DNA of 64,000 nucleotides from Elusimicrobiota bacterium (GTDB lineage: Bacteria > Elusimicrobiota > Endomicrobiia > Endomicrobiales > JAPLKN01). The translations under genes were made by a program, and so were the position numbers. Shown one piece after another: positions 46,142-56,591 of the stretch; the stretch's first letter is position 1, and each line of letters starts with the position of its first letter. The notes under the pieces were generated by a model. The model was not told where the DNA came from. It searched no databases and saw only the letters and a program-made list of their open reading frames with translations. The DNA lies in the NCBI GenBank assembly GCA_042562855.1, contig JBHPNE010000005.1:154-64153 (forward strand). Direction: 5' to 3'.

Positions 46142-47113
46142 ATGGTTATGGAAATCTTCACTAAGAAAAAACCCCTAGTTTTAATTGCAGACGACGACCA
46201 GGCTGATACCGCAATTTTGGGCCAGCTTATGATAAGCCAGGGATACGATATCATTGCCGTCAACGACGGAAAAACCGCATTAAATAATATTCTAGCTAAA
46301 AAACCGGACCTTATATTAGTCGATAATTACATGCCCGGAATGACAGGCAGAGAGATATGCAGAGAGGTAAAAAGTAACCCTTCTTTGAGACTTATCCCTA
46401 TAATAATAATTACCGGATATATCGGGCCGACCGAAAAATTAAAATCAATCGAGGTCGGTGCCGACGATTTTGTTTCAAAACCCTTCAAATCGATTGAACT
46501 TATCACAAGAGTAAAAGCTTTATTACATGCAAAATTTTTAAATGACGATCTGGATTCTTCGGAGGCTGTTATTTTTTCTTTGGCAAGTGCGATCGAGGCA
46601 AAGGACAAATATACGCAAGGTCATACGGAGAGAGTAAGCAGATTATCGCTTCTGGTCGGCCATCAGCTAATGCTTCCTGAAGAGGAGCAAAAAGCACTTT
46701 ATAAGGGCGGAATACTGCATGATATAGGAAAAATTGCCGTTCCCGATGCAATTTTAAACAAACCTGAAAAACTTGATGTATCTGAATTTGAAATGGTTAA
46801 AACTCATCCCGAGCGGGGAGAAAAAATATGCCAGCACCTAAATTCCATCAGGCCGGCTCTGGATATAATTCGTTCTCATCATGAAAAAGCTGACGGTTCG
46901 GGATATCCGGATCGTTTAATCGGAGACCAGATTCCTTTAATTGCAAGAATAATGTCAGTAATAGATGTTTATGATGCTCTAACAAGCGATAGATCATATA
47001 GGCCTGCAATGTCTCAAGGCAAAGCTTTTGAAATTATAGACAATGAAACAGAGATGGGATGGTGGGATAAAAAGGTTGTAAAAGAGACAAAAAAAATAAT
47101 TTCAAGGGCATAA
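46142..47113 (+). CDS. response regulator with HD-GYP c-di-GMP phosphodiesterase domain (RpfG-like)
   Basis: Receiver (ADDD, VDNYMPG, KPF) plus YTQGH, LHDIGK, HHEKADGSGYP and DVYDALTSDRSYR; start may be ATG 46148. Confidence 0.92.
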   Translation: MVMEIFTKKKPLVLIADDDQADTAILGQLMISQGYDIIAVNDGKTALNNILAKKPDLILVDNYMPGMTGREICREVKSNPSLRLIPIIIITGYIGPTEKLKSIEVGADDFVSKPFKSIELITRVKALLHAKFLNDDLDSSEAVIFSLASAIEAKDKYTQGHTERVSRLSLLVGHQLMLPEEEQKALYKGGILHDIGKIAVPDAILNKPEKLDVSEFEMVKTHPERGEKICQHLNSIRPALDIIRSHHEKADGSGYPDRLIGDQIPLIARIMSVIDVYDALTSDRSYRPAMSQGKAFEIIDNETEMGWWDKKVVKETKKIISRA

Positions 47114-47262
47114 TGCTTGAACTTTTAAAATCGTAAAATCCGTTGATTCTTGTATCTGAATTTGTTAAAATCACCCCATTGAAAAGTTGCACAAAATCTT
47201 CAAACAAAACTGCCGAAAATTGTACATAGAGGGATTTTTACGCGGATAAAAGAGGTTTGTTC

Positions 47263-48690
47263 ATGATCAAGTTTGGGACATCAGGTTGGAGAGGGCTAAT
47301 AGCAGATGATTTTACTTTTGATAACGTACGGTTAGTTACGCAGGCAATTTGTAAGTATTTGAAAACAGGCTCAAAAAAGAAAGATAGCGGTGTTATAAAA
47401 ATTATTGTAGGATATGACACCCGTTTTCTCTCGGAAAAGTTTGCGGAAATTTGTGCACAGGTGCTTGCGGCAAACGGGATCAAAGCTCTTATCTGCGACA
47501 GAAACACGCCGACCCCCGTTGTATCGTTTGAAATCCTAAGGAGAAAACTGGAAGGCGGAATAAATTTTACCGCTTCACACAACCCATATAACTACAACGG
47601 TCTCAAATTTTCTCCATCCTGGGGAGGCCCAGCGCTACCAAAAACTACAAAAGCTATCGAGAAATACTGCAAGACACTCAAACAAAAAGACATTAAGAGC
47701 ATCAGCCTGGATGACGCTAAAGCTAAAAATCTCATAGAATATATTGACCCCGCGCCGCTTTATTTAAAAAGAATTAAAGAATTAATAGATTTTAATGCTA
47801 TTAAAAACAGCGGTATTAAGATAGCAGTTGATCTCCTCAATGGCACAGCTGCGGGCTATTTAGACAAACTGCTTAATGACGCAGGGATTAGTAATAAAGT
47901 AGTTAGAATAAACAGAGATGTAATGTTTGGCGGAGGGGCCCCTGAGCCAAGTAAAGAAAATTTAAAAGACTTTGTTGATATAATGAAAAAAGAATCCTGC
48001 ACCTTAGGGCTTGCAACTGACGGCGATGCGGACAGATTCGGTATAGTGGATTCCGACGGGACATTCATAAACCCTAATCAAGTTGTATCTGTCTTGTTGT
48101 ATCATCTTATAAAGAGCAGAAAATGGAAAGGTATTGTTGCAAGAAGCGTAATGACAACCCATATGGTTGATAAAATTGCGGACAAGTTTGGTTTAGAAGT
48201 GCGCGAAACTCCGGTAGGCTTTAAATTCATCGCAAGTATTATGGTTGAAGCAAAGGAGAAATTTGTTATTGGCGGAGAAGAATCGGGCGGCTTAACAATA
48301 AGAAATCACATCCCTGAAAAAGACGGGATACTTGCATGTTTGCTTATGGCGGAAATGGTTGCCATGAATAACAAATCGATTAAAACAACTTTAAAAGAAA
48401 TAGAAGGTCTTGTAGGCGAAATATATTCAGAAAGGATAAATTTCAAACTAACGACGAAAGGCATAGAAAAATTCCGATTAAAATTAAAGAAGAAAATCCT
48501 GAAAAGTTTTGGTGAGTATAAGATAAAAAAAACGGTTACGCTTGATGGGTATAAATTTATTTTACAAGACAATTCCTGGATAGGGATAAGGTTCTCCGGG
48601 ACCGAGCCAATAGTCCGTCTTTACATTGAATCGGATTCTAGTGAAAAGGCAAAAAAACTGATACAATTAGGAAAAGAATTTATAGTATAA
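47263..48690 (+). CDS. phosphoglucomutase/phosphomannomutase family protein
   Basis: IKFGTSGWRG, TASHNP, DGDADR, GGEESGG and RFSGTEP motifs. Confidence 0.93.
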   Translation: MIKFGTSGWRGLIADDFTFDNVRLVTQAICKYLKTGSKKKDSGVIKIIVGYDTRFLSEKFAEICAQVLAANGIKALICDRNTPTPVVSFEILRRKLEGGINFTASHNPYNYNGLKFSPSWGGPALPKTTKAIEKYCKTLKQKDIKSISLDDAKAKNLIEYIDPAPLYLKRIKELIDFNAIKNSGIKIAVDLLNGTAAGYLDKLLNDAGISNKVVRINRDVMFGGGAPEPSKENLKDFVDIMKKESCTLGLATDGDADRFGIVDSDGTFINPNQVVSVLLYHLIKSRKWKGIVARSVMTTHMVDKIADKFGLEVRETPVGFKFIASIMVEAKEKFVIGGEESGGLTIRNHIPEKDGILACLLMAEMVAMNNKSIKTTLKEIEGLVGEIYSERINFKLTTKGIEKFRLKLKKKILKSFGEYKIKKTVTLDGYKFILQDNSWIGIRFSGTEPIVRLYIESDSSEKAKKLIQLGKEFIV

Positions 48691-48763
48691 CTTAATTAGG
48701 GGGCAGCATATCCTACGCTTTGCTCTGGATCAACCATATTTAATTACTTAGAGGAGGTTTGAA

Positions 48764-49408
48764 ATGGGAAATTTTAAACTTGATATTAAAAAGAACATTA
48801 TCACCGGGATAATTACGATTCTCCCGTTATTGGGTACTTTTTACATCGTATGGATTATATTTTCTTTGGTCAGCAGTCTTGCTATACCGTTTTTAAAGCC
48901 GTTTGTAAAACTTTTTTTTGGCAAAGATGAAGTGAATTTATTGCTTAGATTAGTGAGTTTTATCCTCACAATAGCTGCAATATGGCTTACCGGAGTTTTT
49001 GCTACACAAATAGTGAGCAAGAGGATAATACACTGGCTTGAAGGGCTTCTTGCAAGGCTGCCTTTCGTAAATAGTATTTATAAAGCGTTCAGGCAGTTTA
49101 TGAATTATTTTTCGCAAACCAAAAATTTCAAGAGTGTTGCCATGGTTCAATTTCCAAGGGAAGGGTCTTATGCATTGGGTTTTGTAACAGGAAAAATAGA
49201 TATAAAAGACAGGGCAGAAGTGAATGTTAAAGTATTCGTGCCAACATCACCTACGCCAACAACGGGTTTTTTGATATTTGTCAGAGAGCAAGATCTCATA
49301 CATATCAGCATAAGTGTTGATGAAGCCGTCAGGGCTATTATATCCGGAGGAATTGTTATGCCGGATTTAAACAAACGCATCCCGGATTTAAACGATAAAA
49401 AAAACTAA
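48764..49408 (+). CDS. DUF502 membrane protein
   Basis: LPFVNSIY, VFVPTSPTPTTGF and IISGG motifs; GGAGG RBS. Confidence 0.85.
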   Translation: MGNFKLDIKKNIITGIITILPLLGTFYIVWIIFSLVSSLAIPFLKPFVKLFFGKDEVNLLLRLVSFILTIAAIWLTGVFATQIVSKRIIHWLEGLLARLPFVNSIYKAFRQFMNYFSQTKNFKSVAMVQFPREGSYALGFVTGKIDIKDRAEVNVKVFVPTSPTPTTGFLIFVREQDLIHISISVDEAVRAIISGGIVMPDLNKRIPDLNDKKN

Positions 49409-49421
49409 ACGAGGTAGATAG

Positions 49422-50696
49422 ATGAATTACAAGGCACCGCGCGGCACACATGATTTGTGGGGCGATAAGGTCAATAAGCTAAACCATCTTAATACAATAT
49501 GCAGAAAAATATTTGTTAAACATAATTTTTCAGAAGTTGTTACTCCGACATTTGAAGATGCAAAACTCTTTTCCAGGTCAATCGGCGAGACAACGGATAT
49601 AGTGGAAAAAGAAATGTATGTGTTCCAAGATAGAAAGGGAAGAAATCTTGCTCTTCGCCCCGAAGGCACAGCTTCATTGGTAAGGGCATATATTGAAAAC
49701 CATCTTTCGCAAAGCGATCCGATCGGCAAATATTTTTACATCGGACCGATGTACCGTTACGAGAGGCCTCAGGCCGGAAGGTATAGGGAGTTTTTTCAAG
49801 TAGGGGCGGAATATTTCGGAAACAATGAGCCTGCTGCAGATGCGGAAACAATTATTCTATCATCCGAGATATTTAATGCTTTTGGCGTTACGGATGCGAA
49901 AATTTATTTAAACACGCTTGGATGCAGCAATTGCCGCCCAAAATTTCGTGAAGCGATAAAGAAATATTTTGCTACAGTTAAAGATCTATGCGATGACTGC
50001 AAAAGAAGGATTGAGAAAAATCCTTTGAGGATTCTCGACTGCAAGGTTGACGCCGATAAATTCAATAATTTGCCGAAAATGGAAGATTTTTTAGATAAAG
50101 GCTGTAAAGAGCATTTTGATAAAGTCCAAGAATTGTTAAAAGGCGCGGGATGCGAGTTTGTGGTTGACCATAAGTTAGTAAGAGGGCTCGATTATTATAC
50201 CCGCACGGTTTTTGAAATACGTTCAAAAAGCGTTGGTTCACAGGATGCACTTGCTGCAGGGGGCAGGTACGATAATCTTGTAAGAGAACTTGGTGGGGCA
50301 GCCACCCCCAGCATAGGTTTTGCCCTTGGGTCCGAGCGTGTAATTATGGCTGCCGAAAATCTTAAAATACTTGGCAATTTAGAAAAACCTAAAGTAATTT
50401 TTGTTGCTGTTTCAAGCAAAGATTTGGAAAACCAAGCTTTCTCATTCGTTTCCAAATTGAGAGCAAAAACTTCAAAAAGTAAATTTATGGAATCAATAGG
50501 CCAAATCGATAATATTTCCATCGAGGGTCCGTTCGCCGATAAAAGCCTCAAGAACCAGCTCAGGCTTTCAGACAAAATAAAATCAGTAAAAACAATTATT
50601 TTCGGCGAAGAGGAATTTAAAAAAGGTTTAGTTGTTGTTAAGGACATGGCCAGCCAAAAACAGGAAGAAATAGCAATTGATAAAATTTTGTCTTAA
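49422..50696 (+). CDS. hisS: histidine--tRNA ligase
   Basis: PRGTHD, LRPEGTA, RYERPQAGRYREF, LVRGLDYY and GGRYD motifs. Confidence 0.97.
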   Translation: MNYKAPRGTHDLWGDKVNKLNHLNTICRKIFVKHNFSEVVTPTFEDAKLFSRSIGETTDIVEKEMYVFQDRKGRNLALRPEGTASLVRAYIENHLSQSDPIGKYFYIGPMYRYERPQAGRYREFFQVGAEYFGNNEPAADAETIILSSEIFNAFGVTDAKIYLNTLGCSNCRPKFREAIKKYFATVKDLCDDCKRRIEKNPLRILDCKVDADKFNNLPKMEDFLDKGCKEHFDKVQELLKGAGCEFVVDHKLVRGLDYYTRTVFEIRSKSVGSQDALAAGGRYDNLVRELGGAATPSIGFALGSERVIMAAENLKILGNLEKPKVIFVAVSSKDLENQAFSFVSKLRAKTSKSKFMESIGQIDNISIEGPFADKSLKNQLRLSDKIKSVKTIIFGEEEFKKGLVVVKDMASQKQEEIAIDKILS

Positions 50697-50720
50697 AAAT
50701 TCTTTTCTTATCTCATCTTA

Positions 50721-52484
50721 ATGAATAAAAATAGGCTAGTTATTTATTTAATAGCTTTAGGTGTCGGCTTGTTGGTGCTTTCTGCCTGGGCGATTGGAAT
50801 GTTTGATCCACTCGAAAACATGTCCCTGGACAATAGGTTTAGGATAAGGGGTCCGATTGAGCCGTCCAAAGAAATTGTAATAGTGGCTTTCGATGAAGAA
50901 TCCTTCACACATCTTGGCAGATGGCCATGGGATAGGGCTCATCACGGAAAACTCATTGATAATTTAACCTTGGTAGGGGCGAAGGCAATAGTTTTTGATA
51001 TGCTCCTTTTGGAAGAAGACAAAAGAAATCCGGCGTCGGATGCATATTTTGTACGCTCCTGTAAAAAGGCAGGAAATGTGATTGTTGCATCATATTTCCA
51101 ATACGATGACAACGGTAAGCCCATAAATTTCCTTGAGCCGATTAAAAATGTTAAAGATGCTGCAATCGCCGGATTCTCAAACATATTTCCCGAATTAGAC
51201 GGTGTCTGCAGGAAAGCACCGGTATATAAGGTATATAATAACACAATACTTCCTTCCATATCGCTGGCCGCCTTATCAAAGTATTTTGACAAAGATACCC
51301 TTGAAATATTGGCCGATAAAAACATACAAACAGACAAGTATGATGAGGTGCTCTTAAATTTTGCCGGTGAATACGGAAGCTTTCCTTATTACCCGTTTTA
51401 TAAAGTACTTAATAATCAAATTAATAAAAGTGATTTTAAAAACAAAATTGTCCTTGTTGGCGGTACTGCATCCGGCCTGTTCGATTTTAAGCCTATTGCC
51501 TTTGCTCCGAATTTTCCGGGTGTTGAGGTCCACGCGAATTTAATATCAAATATTTTGCTTAAAAACTACTTAAGGCCTATTGCGTCCGTGTGGACCGGCA
51601 TATTGATAATGCTTTTTGCGTTGCTGCCCGGATTTGCTTTGTATAAATTATCCCCCATAAAATCGGGAACAATATTTTTCCTTATTCTTTGTTTTTTTAG
51701 CTTAGTCGTTTATTTTTTGTTTGCTTCAAAAAACGTATACGCAGAATTTGCAGCGCCCGTTTTTAGTTTGTTACTCAGCTACGGATCAATACTGCTGTAT
51801 AGATTTATCACGGAAGAAAAAGAAAAAAGGTGGATAAAACATACTTTCAGCCGTTATTTGAGTTCAACCATAATGGAGTCCATTCTGTCTAATCCCGATA
51901 ATCTGAAACTGGGCGGGGAAAGGAAAGACTTAACTGTGTTATTCTCAGATATCAGGGATTTTACTACGATATCTGAATCGCTAAATCCTGAAGAAGTTGT
52001 TGAACTGCTTAATGAATATTTGAGCAAAATGGTTGATGTGGTCTTTAAATACGATGGAACACTGGATAAATTTATTGGAGATGCAATAATGGTTTTTTGG
52101 GGAGCGCCGATAGCGCAAAAAGACCATGCTAAAAAAGCTGTATTGTGTGCGGTTGAAATGATAGAAGAGCTAAAGAAGCTTCAGAAAAAATGGCTGAGTG
52201 AAGGAAAAAAGAATTTGGATATCGGTATAGGAATAAATACCGGAGAAATGATCGTCGGCAATATGGGTTCGAAAGATAAAATGGAATACACTGTTATAGG
52301 CGATAACGTAAATCTTGGTAGCAGGCTGGAGAACTTAAATAAGGAATATAAAACTAATATATTAATATCAGAAGCAACTCAAAATTTAGTGAAAGAGTTG
52401 GTGAAAACAAAATATTTGGGTGAAGTAAAAATAAAGGGAAAGACAAAGCCGGTTAAAATATATCAGGTTGAGGCAAAAAAATAG
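50721..52484 (+). CDS. CHASE2-domain adenylate/guanylate cyclase
   Basis: GRWPWDR CHASE2, PGVEVHA, 3 TM segments, LFSDIRDFT, DKFIGDA and GDNVNLGSRLE motifs. Confidence 0.92.
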   Translation: MNKNRLVIYLIALGVGLLVLSAWAIGMFDPLENMSLDNRFRIRGPIEPSKEIVIVAFDEESFTHLGRWPWDRAHHGKLIDNLTLVGAKAIVFDMLLLEEDKRNPASDAYFVRSCKKAGNVIVASYFQYDDNGKPINFLEPIKNVKDAAIAGFSNIFPELDGVCRKAPVYKVYNNTILPSISLAALSKYFDKDTLEILADKNIQTDKYDEVLLNFAGEYGSFPYYPFYKVLNNQINKSDFKNKIVLVGGTASGLFDFKPIAFAPNFPGVEVHANLISNILLKNYLRPIASVWTGILIMLFALLPGFALYKLSPIKSGTIFFLILCFFSLVVYFLFASKNVYAEFAAPVFSLLLSYGSILLYRFITEEKEKRWIKHTFSRYLSSTIMESILSNPDNLKLGGERKDLTVLFSDIRDFTTISESLNPEEVVELLNEYLSKMVDVVFKYDGTLDKFIGDAIMVFWGAPIAQKDHAKKAVLCAVEMIEELKKLQKKWLSEGKKNLDIGIGINTGEMIVGNMGSKDKMEYTVIGDNVNLGSRLENLNKEYKTNILISEATQNLVKELVKTKYLGEVKIKGKTKPVKIYQVEAKK

Positions 52485-52509
52485 TTTTTGTTAAATATTT
52501 GGAGACAGA

Positions 52510-53721
52510 ATGAATACTGCGAAAAAAATCATACTTTTGTTGTTTTTAGTTGCTTTTATTATCTTTTGGGGCTGGACTTTGGTCTCATCTTTGTCGTTTT
52601 TCGGCCTTACTTTTAGATCGGAGAAAGGAAAAATTGAAAAGCCAAAAACAGTGTTTACCAAGCCGAAATATGTTCGCGGTATTCATATTACCGGATGGGT
52701 TGCAGGATCAGAAAAGCTTCGTTCAGGCATAAACAAAATGCTTCAGGAAACCGAATTAAATACAGTAGTAATCGCCATTAAGGAATACGATGGAGAAGTA
52801 CGTATTTCAGGATTTAAAAATGCAAAAAAGTACGGTTCTTCAGTAAACGTGATCCCGGACTTAAAAGAATATTTGGAGTATTTGAATGAAAGCGGAGTTT
52901 ATACAATAGCCCGAATAGTAGTTTTTAAGGATAACCTAATGGCAAAAGTTAAACCTGAATGGCTGGTAAAGAATTCATCCGGAGATGCATGGGAAGATTA
53001 TGCCGGCAACAAATGGATAGACCCCTTTAATAAAAAAAGCTGGGAATATAATATTGATATAGCTGTTAGAGCAGTAGAGCTGGGGTTTCAGGAAATTCAG
53101 TTTGATTATACACGCTTTCCTTCCGACGGAGAAGTGAGCAAATGTGTCTATAGCGAGATCAAATCCTCCACAACGGCATCGGGGGCTATGGTGGGTTTTT
53201 TGAAAGAAGCTAATAATAGATTAAAACCTTTGGGTGTTAAAGTTTCTGTAGATGTTTTTGGTCTTACTACAACCACGGACGGAGACTTAGGTATAGGGCA
53301 GGATATTGTGCTTATGGGAGCAAACGCGGACTATGTGAGTCCTATGGTTTATCCCTCTCACTACTATCCGGGAGAATTCGGCATAGAAAATCCTGATGCT
53401 TCGCCTTATGAAACTGTTTACATGGCGATCAAGGGAGCAACGCAGAGGCTGCCTATCTCAAAAATTCGCCCATATTTGCAGAGCTTTTCGTTGGGCCACA
53501 TATATGGAGTAAAAGAAATCAGAGAACAGATACAAGCATGTTATGATAATGATGTGCCCGAGTGGATTTTGTGGAACTCAAGAAGCGTTTATAAAAGAGA
53601 CGCTCTAAAATCAAATACGAAATCCGGTGTCTATGGCCGGAGTGATAGAATTGCTGAAATGGAAAAAAGAAACAGTAAGGAAGAAGTTGTTGAGGAGATG
53701 ACGGACGAAGCAGGGACTTAA
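52510..53721 (+). CDS. putative glycoside hydrolase (DUF4015-like)
   Basis: IARIVVFKD, GFQEIQFDYTRFP, SPMVYPSH and RPYLQSF motifs; N-terminal TM. Confidence 0.8.
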   Translation: MNTAKKIILLLFLVAFIIFWGWTLVSSLSFFGLTFRSEKGKIEKPKTVFTKPKYVRGIHITGWVAGSEKLRSGINKMLQETELNTVVIAIKEYDGEVRISGFKNAKKYGSSVNVIPDLKEYLEYLNESGVYTIARIVVFKDNLMAKVKPEWLVKNSSGDAWEDYAGNKWIDPFNKKSWEYNIDIAVRAVELGFQEIQFDYTRFPSDGEVSKCVYSEIKSSTTASGAMVGFLKEANNRLKPLGVKVSVDVFGLTTTTDGDLGIGQDIVLMGANADYVSPMVYPSHYYPGEFGIENPDASPYETVYMAIKGATQRLPISKIRPYLQSFSLGHIYGVKEIREQIQACYDNDVPEWILWNSRSVYKRDALKSNTKSGVYGRSDRIAEMEKRNSKEEVVEEMTDEAGT

Positions 53722-53723
53722 AA

Positions 53724-54350
53724 TTATTTCAAAACATATTTTAATAATATAAAACCGCCGATAAGAAGTGCTATAAAAGCGATAGAAAGAATATCAAAAT
53801 ACTTTTCAATAGACTTTTCAATTTTTTCACCAAATATTCTTAAAGCACCCGAAACAATAAAAAATCTTGCACCTCTTCCCATAACAGAAGCAGTGACAAG
53901 TGCAGGCAGTGAAATTGAGAACAGTCCCGCGGAAATTGTAATAGCTTTGTAGGGTATGGGAGTGAATGCTGCGGTAAAAATTGTCAGGAAGGCATTTTCC
54001 GAAAATTTTTGTCCTACAACTTGCATAGCATGGTGTAAATTGTATATTTCCACGATAGGTTTCCCAATTGTTTCATAAAGCCCCCAACCGATGAAGTATC
54101 CCAGAAGAGACCCTAAAACTGAGCCTGTTAAGCATATGGAGGTAATAAATATCCATTTTTTTCTGTTTGCAACGACCATGGGAATTAAAAGAACATCCGG
54201 CGGAATAGGAAAAAATGAACTTTCGGCAAAAGCAATAGTAAAAAGCGCATATGGAGCCTGCGCAGTTCTGGACCAGTGAATTGTCCAGTCATACAGTTTT
54301 TTTAACCAAGCTGTCGGCAGTTTAATTAAAAACAAAATTTTATTTAACAT
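53724..54350 (-). CDS. DedA/YqaA family membrane protein
   Basis: ESSFFPIPPDVLL, FTPIPYK and GRGARFF motifs. Confidence 0.9.
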   Translation of the reverse strand: MLNKILFLIKLPTAWLKKLYDWTIHWSRTAQAPYALFTIAFAESSFFPIPPDVLLIPMVVANRKKWIFITSICLTGSVLGSLLGYFIGWGLYETIGKPIVEIYNLHHAMQVVGQKFSENAFLTIFTAAFTPIPYKAITISAGLFSISLPALVTASVMGRGARFFIVSGALRIFGEKIEKSIEKYFDILSIAFIALLIGGFILLKYVLK

Positions 54351-54352
54351 AA

Positions 54353-55159
54353 TTATTTACTCATTAAGAAAAATACTAGAAATATTAGCCCGAAAATAAT
54401 CCTATAATGCGCAAAAGGCCTAAAATTATTTGTAGATACAAATTTGATAAACCATCTTATTACCCACAAGGCAGATATGAAAGCTGTTATAAGGCCTATT
54501 GCCAAAATTAAAAAATCCGACATTTCCAGGATACTGATACTTTTTGTCAAATCAAACAGTGTTGCGGCAAACATTGTCGGTATCGCTAAAAAAAATGAAA
54601 ACTCCGTTGAAGCTTTTCTTGTCATACCAGCAAGTAGGCCTCCCATTATTGTTGCGGCGGAGCGTGACACTCCTGGGAATAATGATAGGACTTGAGCTAA
54701 TCCTACAAATAAAGCAACTTTAAGCGCAATATTATCCATTTCAGATATTTTGTTTGAATGTTGCTGACGCTCAATAATCAGAATTAGCAATCCTCCGGCA
54801 ATAAGCGCAATAGCAACCGTAACTGGGCCGAATAGAAATTCCTTTATAAGCTTGTGTGTTAAAAGCCCCACGACAGCTGCAGGAATGAAGGCAATAAAAA
54901 TGCTTAAAGCAAAATTTTGAGTTTTTTTATCACTTGGCAATTTTTGTATTATTGAAAGAATCTTTTCTCTGTAGTTGTAGACAATAGCAAGAATAGCTCC
55001 GAGTTGAATGAATACATCGAACAGTTTTGCTTTTTCTCCGGAAATATTCATAAATTCATTTGCTAATATTAAGTGTCCGGTGGATGAGATCGGCAGAAAC
55101 TCTGTTAGCCCTTCAACAATGCCTAAAATAATCGCTTGAATTACATTGATATTATCCAT
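54353..55159 (-). CDS. uppP: undecaprenyl-diphosphate phosphatase
   Basis: GIVEGLTEFLPISSTGHL, PGVSRS and EFSFFLAIP motifs. Confidence 0.96.
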   Translation of the reverse strand: MDNINVIQAIILGIVEGLTEFLPISSTGHLILANEFMNISGEKAKLFDVFIQLGAILAIVYNYREKILSIIQKLPSDKKTQNFALSIFIAFIPAAVVGLLTHKLIKEFLFGPVTVAIALIAGGLLILIIERQQHSNKISEMDNIALKVALFVGLAQVLSLFPGVSRSAATIMGGLLAGMTRKASTEFSFFLAIPTMFAATLFDLTKSISILEMSDFLILAIGLITAFISALWVIRWFIKFVSTNNFRPFAHYRIIFGLIFLVFFLMSK

Positions 55160-55170
55160 AACGTCGAACC

Positions 55171-55199
55171 ATTCTATTACAACAGGATTAAATTGTCAA
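55171..55199 (-). promoter_or_regulatory. sigma70 promoter of uppP-dedA
   Basis: Minus strand: TTGACA, 17 bp, TAGAAT; 11 nt before the ATG, no SD. Confidence 0.7.
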
Positions 55200-55210
55200 A
55201 TAGGAACTAG

Positions 55211-55255
55211 AAAAATAGGGACAGACACTTAAAGGCGTGTCAGTCCCATTTTTTT
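55211..55255. terminator. terminator-like hairpin with A/T tails on both sides
   Basis: aaaaata-gggacagacac-N8-gtgtcagtccc-attttttt; lies downstream of the minus-strand lipoprotein genes. Confidence 0.6.
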
Positions 55256-55276
55256 AATTTTTTAGGTTTAAGATTT

Positions 55277-55801
55277 TTACTGTTGTTCTCCGTAAATTAA
55301 CGAATTGTATTCCGTCTGCTGAATACTGTTGTTGGATGAAGAATCATATGTTTCAATGTATATGCGGTACCAGTAATCAATGTTATGGCCGCTGTCATGC
55401 AAAGCCGGTGTCTCAGGGCTACCCGACGGGTCATAGCTTCTGAATTCCACGTATCCTGCATGTACCATTGCTTCGTGCGAGGAATACATTGCTCCGGTTG
55501 CAAGGTTGCTTTGAGAAAATACGGTATCATTATCCCATGGGAGTAATCGGAGAGTGCCGTCCTCGTCGTATTCGGTTGTATAGCATCTAACATCCTGCGT
55601 GTTTGGATCTTTTATCTCAGGGGTATCAACTCTATGTACCTCAACACCGGTTTCAGGCTGGCCTCGGTAAACAACAGTTTTTTTATTATCTTTTTGTTTA
55701 CGGCCTATCATCCAATTTGTGAGCTCTGAACAGCTGCTAAAACTCACAGCGATGAAAGCAAAAACAAAAAAAAGAGTAAATACTTTTAACGGCTTGTTCA
55801 T
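55277..55801 (-). CDS. hypothetical lipoprotein (paralog of 55867-56382)
   Basis: Lipobox-like FSSC (Cys24); shared motifs with its neighbour; AGGGG RBS. Confidence 0.75.
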   Translation of the reverse strand: MNKPLKVFTLFFVFAFIAVSFSSCSELTNWMIGRKQKDNKKTVVYRGQPETGVEVHRVDTPEIKDPNTQDVRCYTTEYDEDGTLRLLPWDNDTVFSQSNLATGAMYSSHEAMVHAGYVEFRSYDPSGSPETPALHDSGHNIDYWYRIYIETYDSSSNNSIQQTEYNSLIYGEQQ

Positions 55802-55866
55802 ATTACCCCTTTATTCAAGTATTATACCAATATTATCTACATGTTTACGTACTTTGTCAAGAAATA

Positions 55867-56382
55867 TTATTCTATTGTTTTTCCATATATTAATGTATTG
55901 AATGTATTATCACTTCCGTGCGTAACGGAATCTTCGGCTCTGATATATATACGGTAACTGTATTGTACGGAAATATGGCCGTCATACAAAGCTGTCGGTT
56001 CGGGAACAAAAAGAACATGCCAGCTTTTAAACTGGACTTCTCCTGTAAATATGTCGCATTTATGCATGGTTCCGCCCGGGCTTTCCCAAGGCAGCAGATG
56101 CATATTATTTTCATCATCATCCAGTAAGGCATAACAATCAATTGTCTGTGTATCAGGGCTTGTGATTTCGGGAACACTGACCGTCCATATTTCATTTCCT
56201 TCAACAGGTGTTCCCTTGTAAACAATCGTCGTATCTGTATTTGTTATTAGCTGGTCGTCCGAATATTTAGTGTCCATCGGCCGGCCTATAAGAAAATTGG
56301 TCAGCTTCGCACACCCGGATAAGAGAGCTAGCGAAGCACTTATGCAGACAAAAAAAGTAATGATTTTTAAATACATTTTCAT
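55867..56382 (-). CDS. hypothetical lipoprotein (paralog of 55277-55801)
   Basis: Lipobox LSGC (Cys24); AAGGA RBS; shared motifs with its neighbour. Confidence 0.75.
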   Translation of the reverse strand: MKMYLKIITFFVCISASLALLSGCAKLTNFLIGRPMDTKYSDDQLITNTDTTIVYKGTPVEGNEIWTVSVPEITSPDTQTIDCYALLDDDENNMHLLPWESPGGTMHKCDIFTGEVQFKSWHVLFVPEPTALYDGHISVQYSYRIYIRAEDSVTHGSDNTFNTLIYGKTIE

Positions 56383-56530
56383 TATCGTATCCTTATTAGT
56401 AAAACTTCTTCCCTACAACCAGTTGATAGTACAAAATGCTGTAATTGTCCAGGAAAAAATGTGAAATAAATATAAAAAATACTGAATTTATAACGATATT
56501 TTGATAAATTGTAGGTTTGCTGGGTTTATG

Positions 56531-56559
56531 TTGTGTCTGCTAAATAATTTTGTTATAAT
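56531..56559 (+). promoter_or_regulatory. promoter of pcrA/uvrD
   Basis: TTGTGT, 17 bp, TGt-TATAAT. Confidence 0.5.
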
Positions 56560-56591
56560 GCTACAAAATTATTGATTTTAGAATCAAAAAA

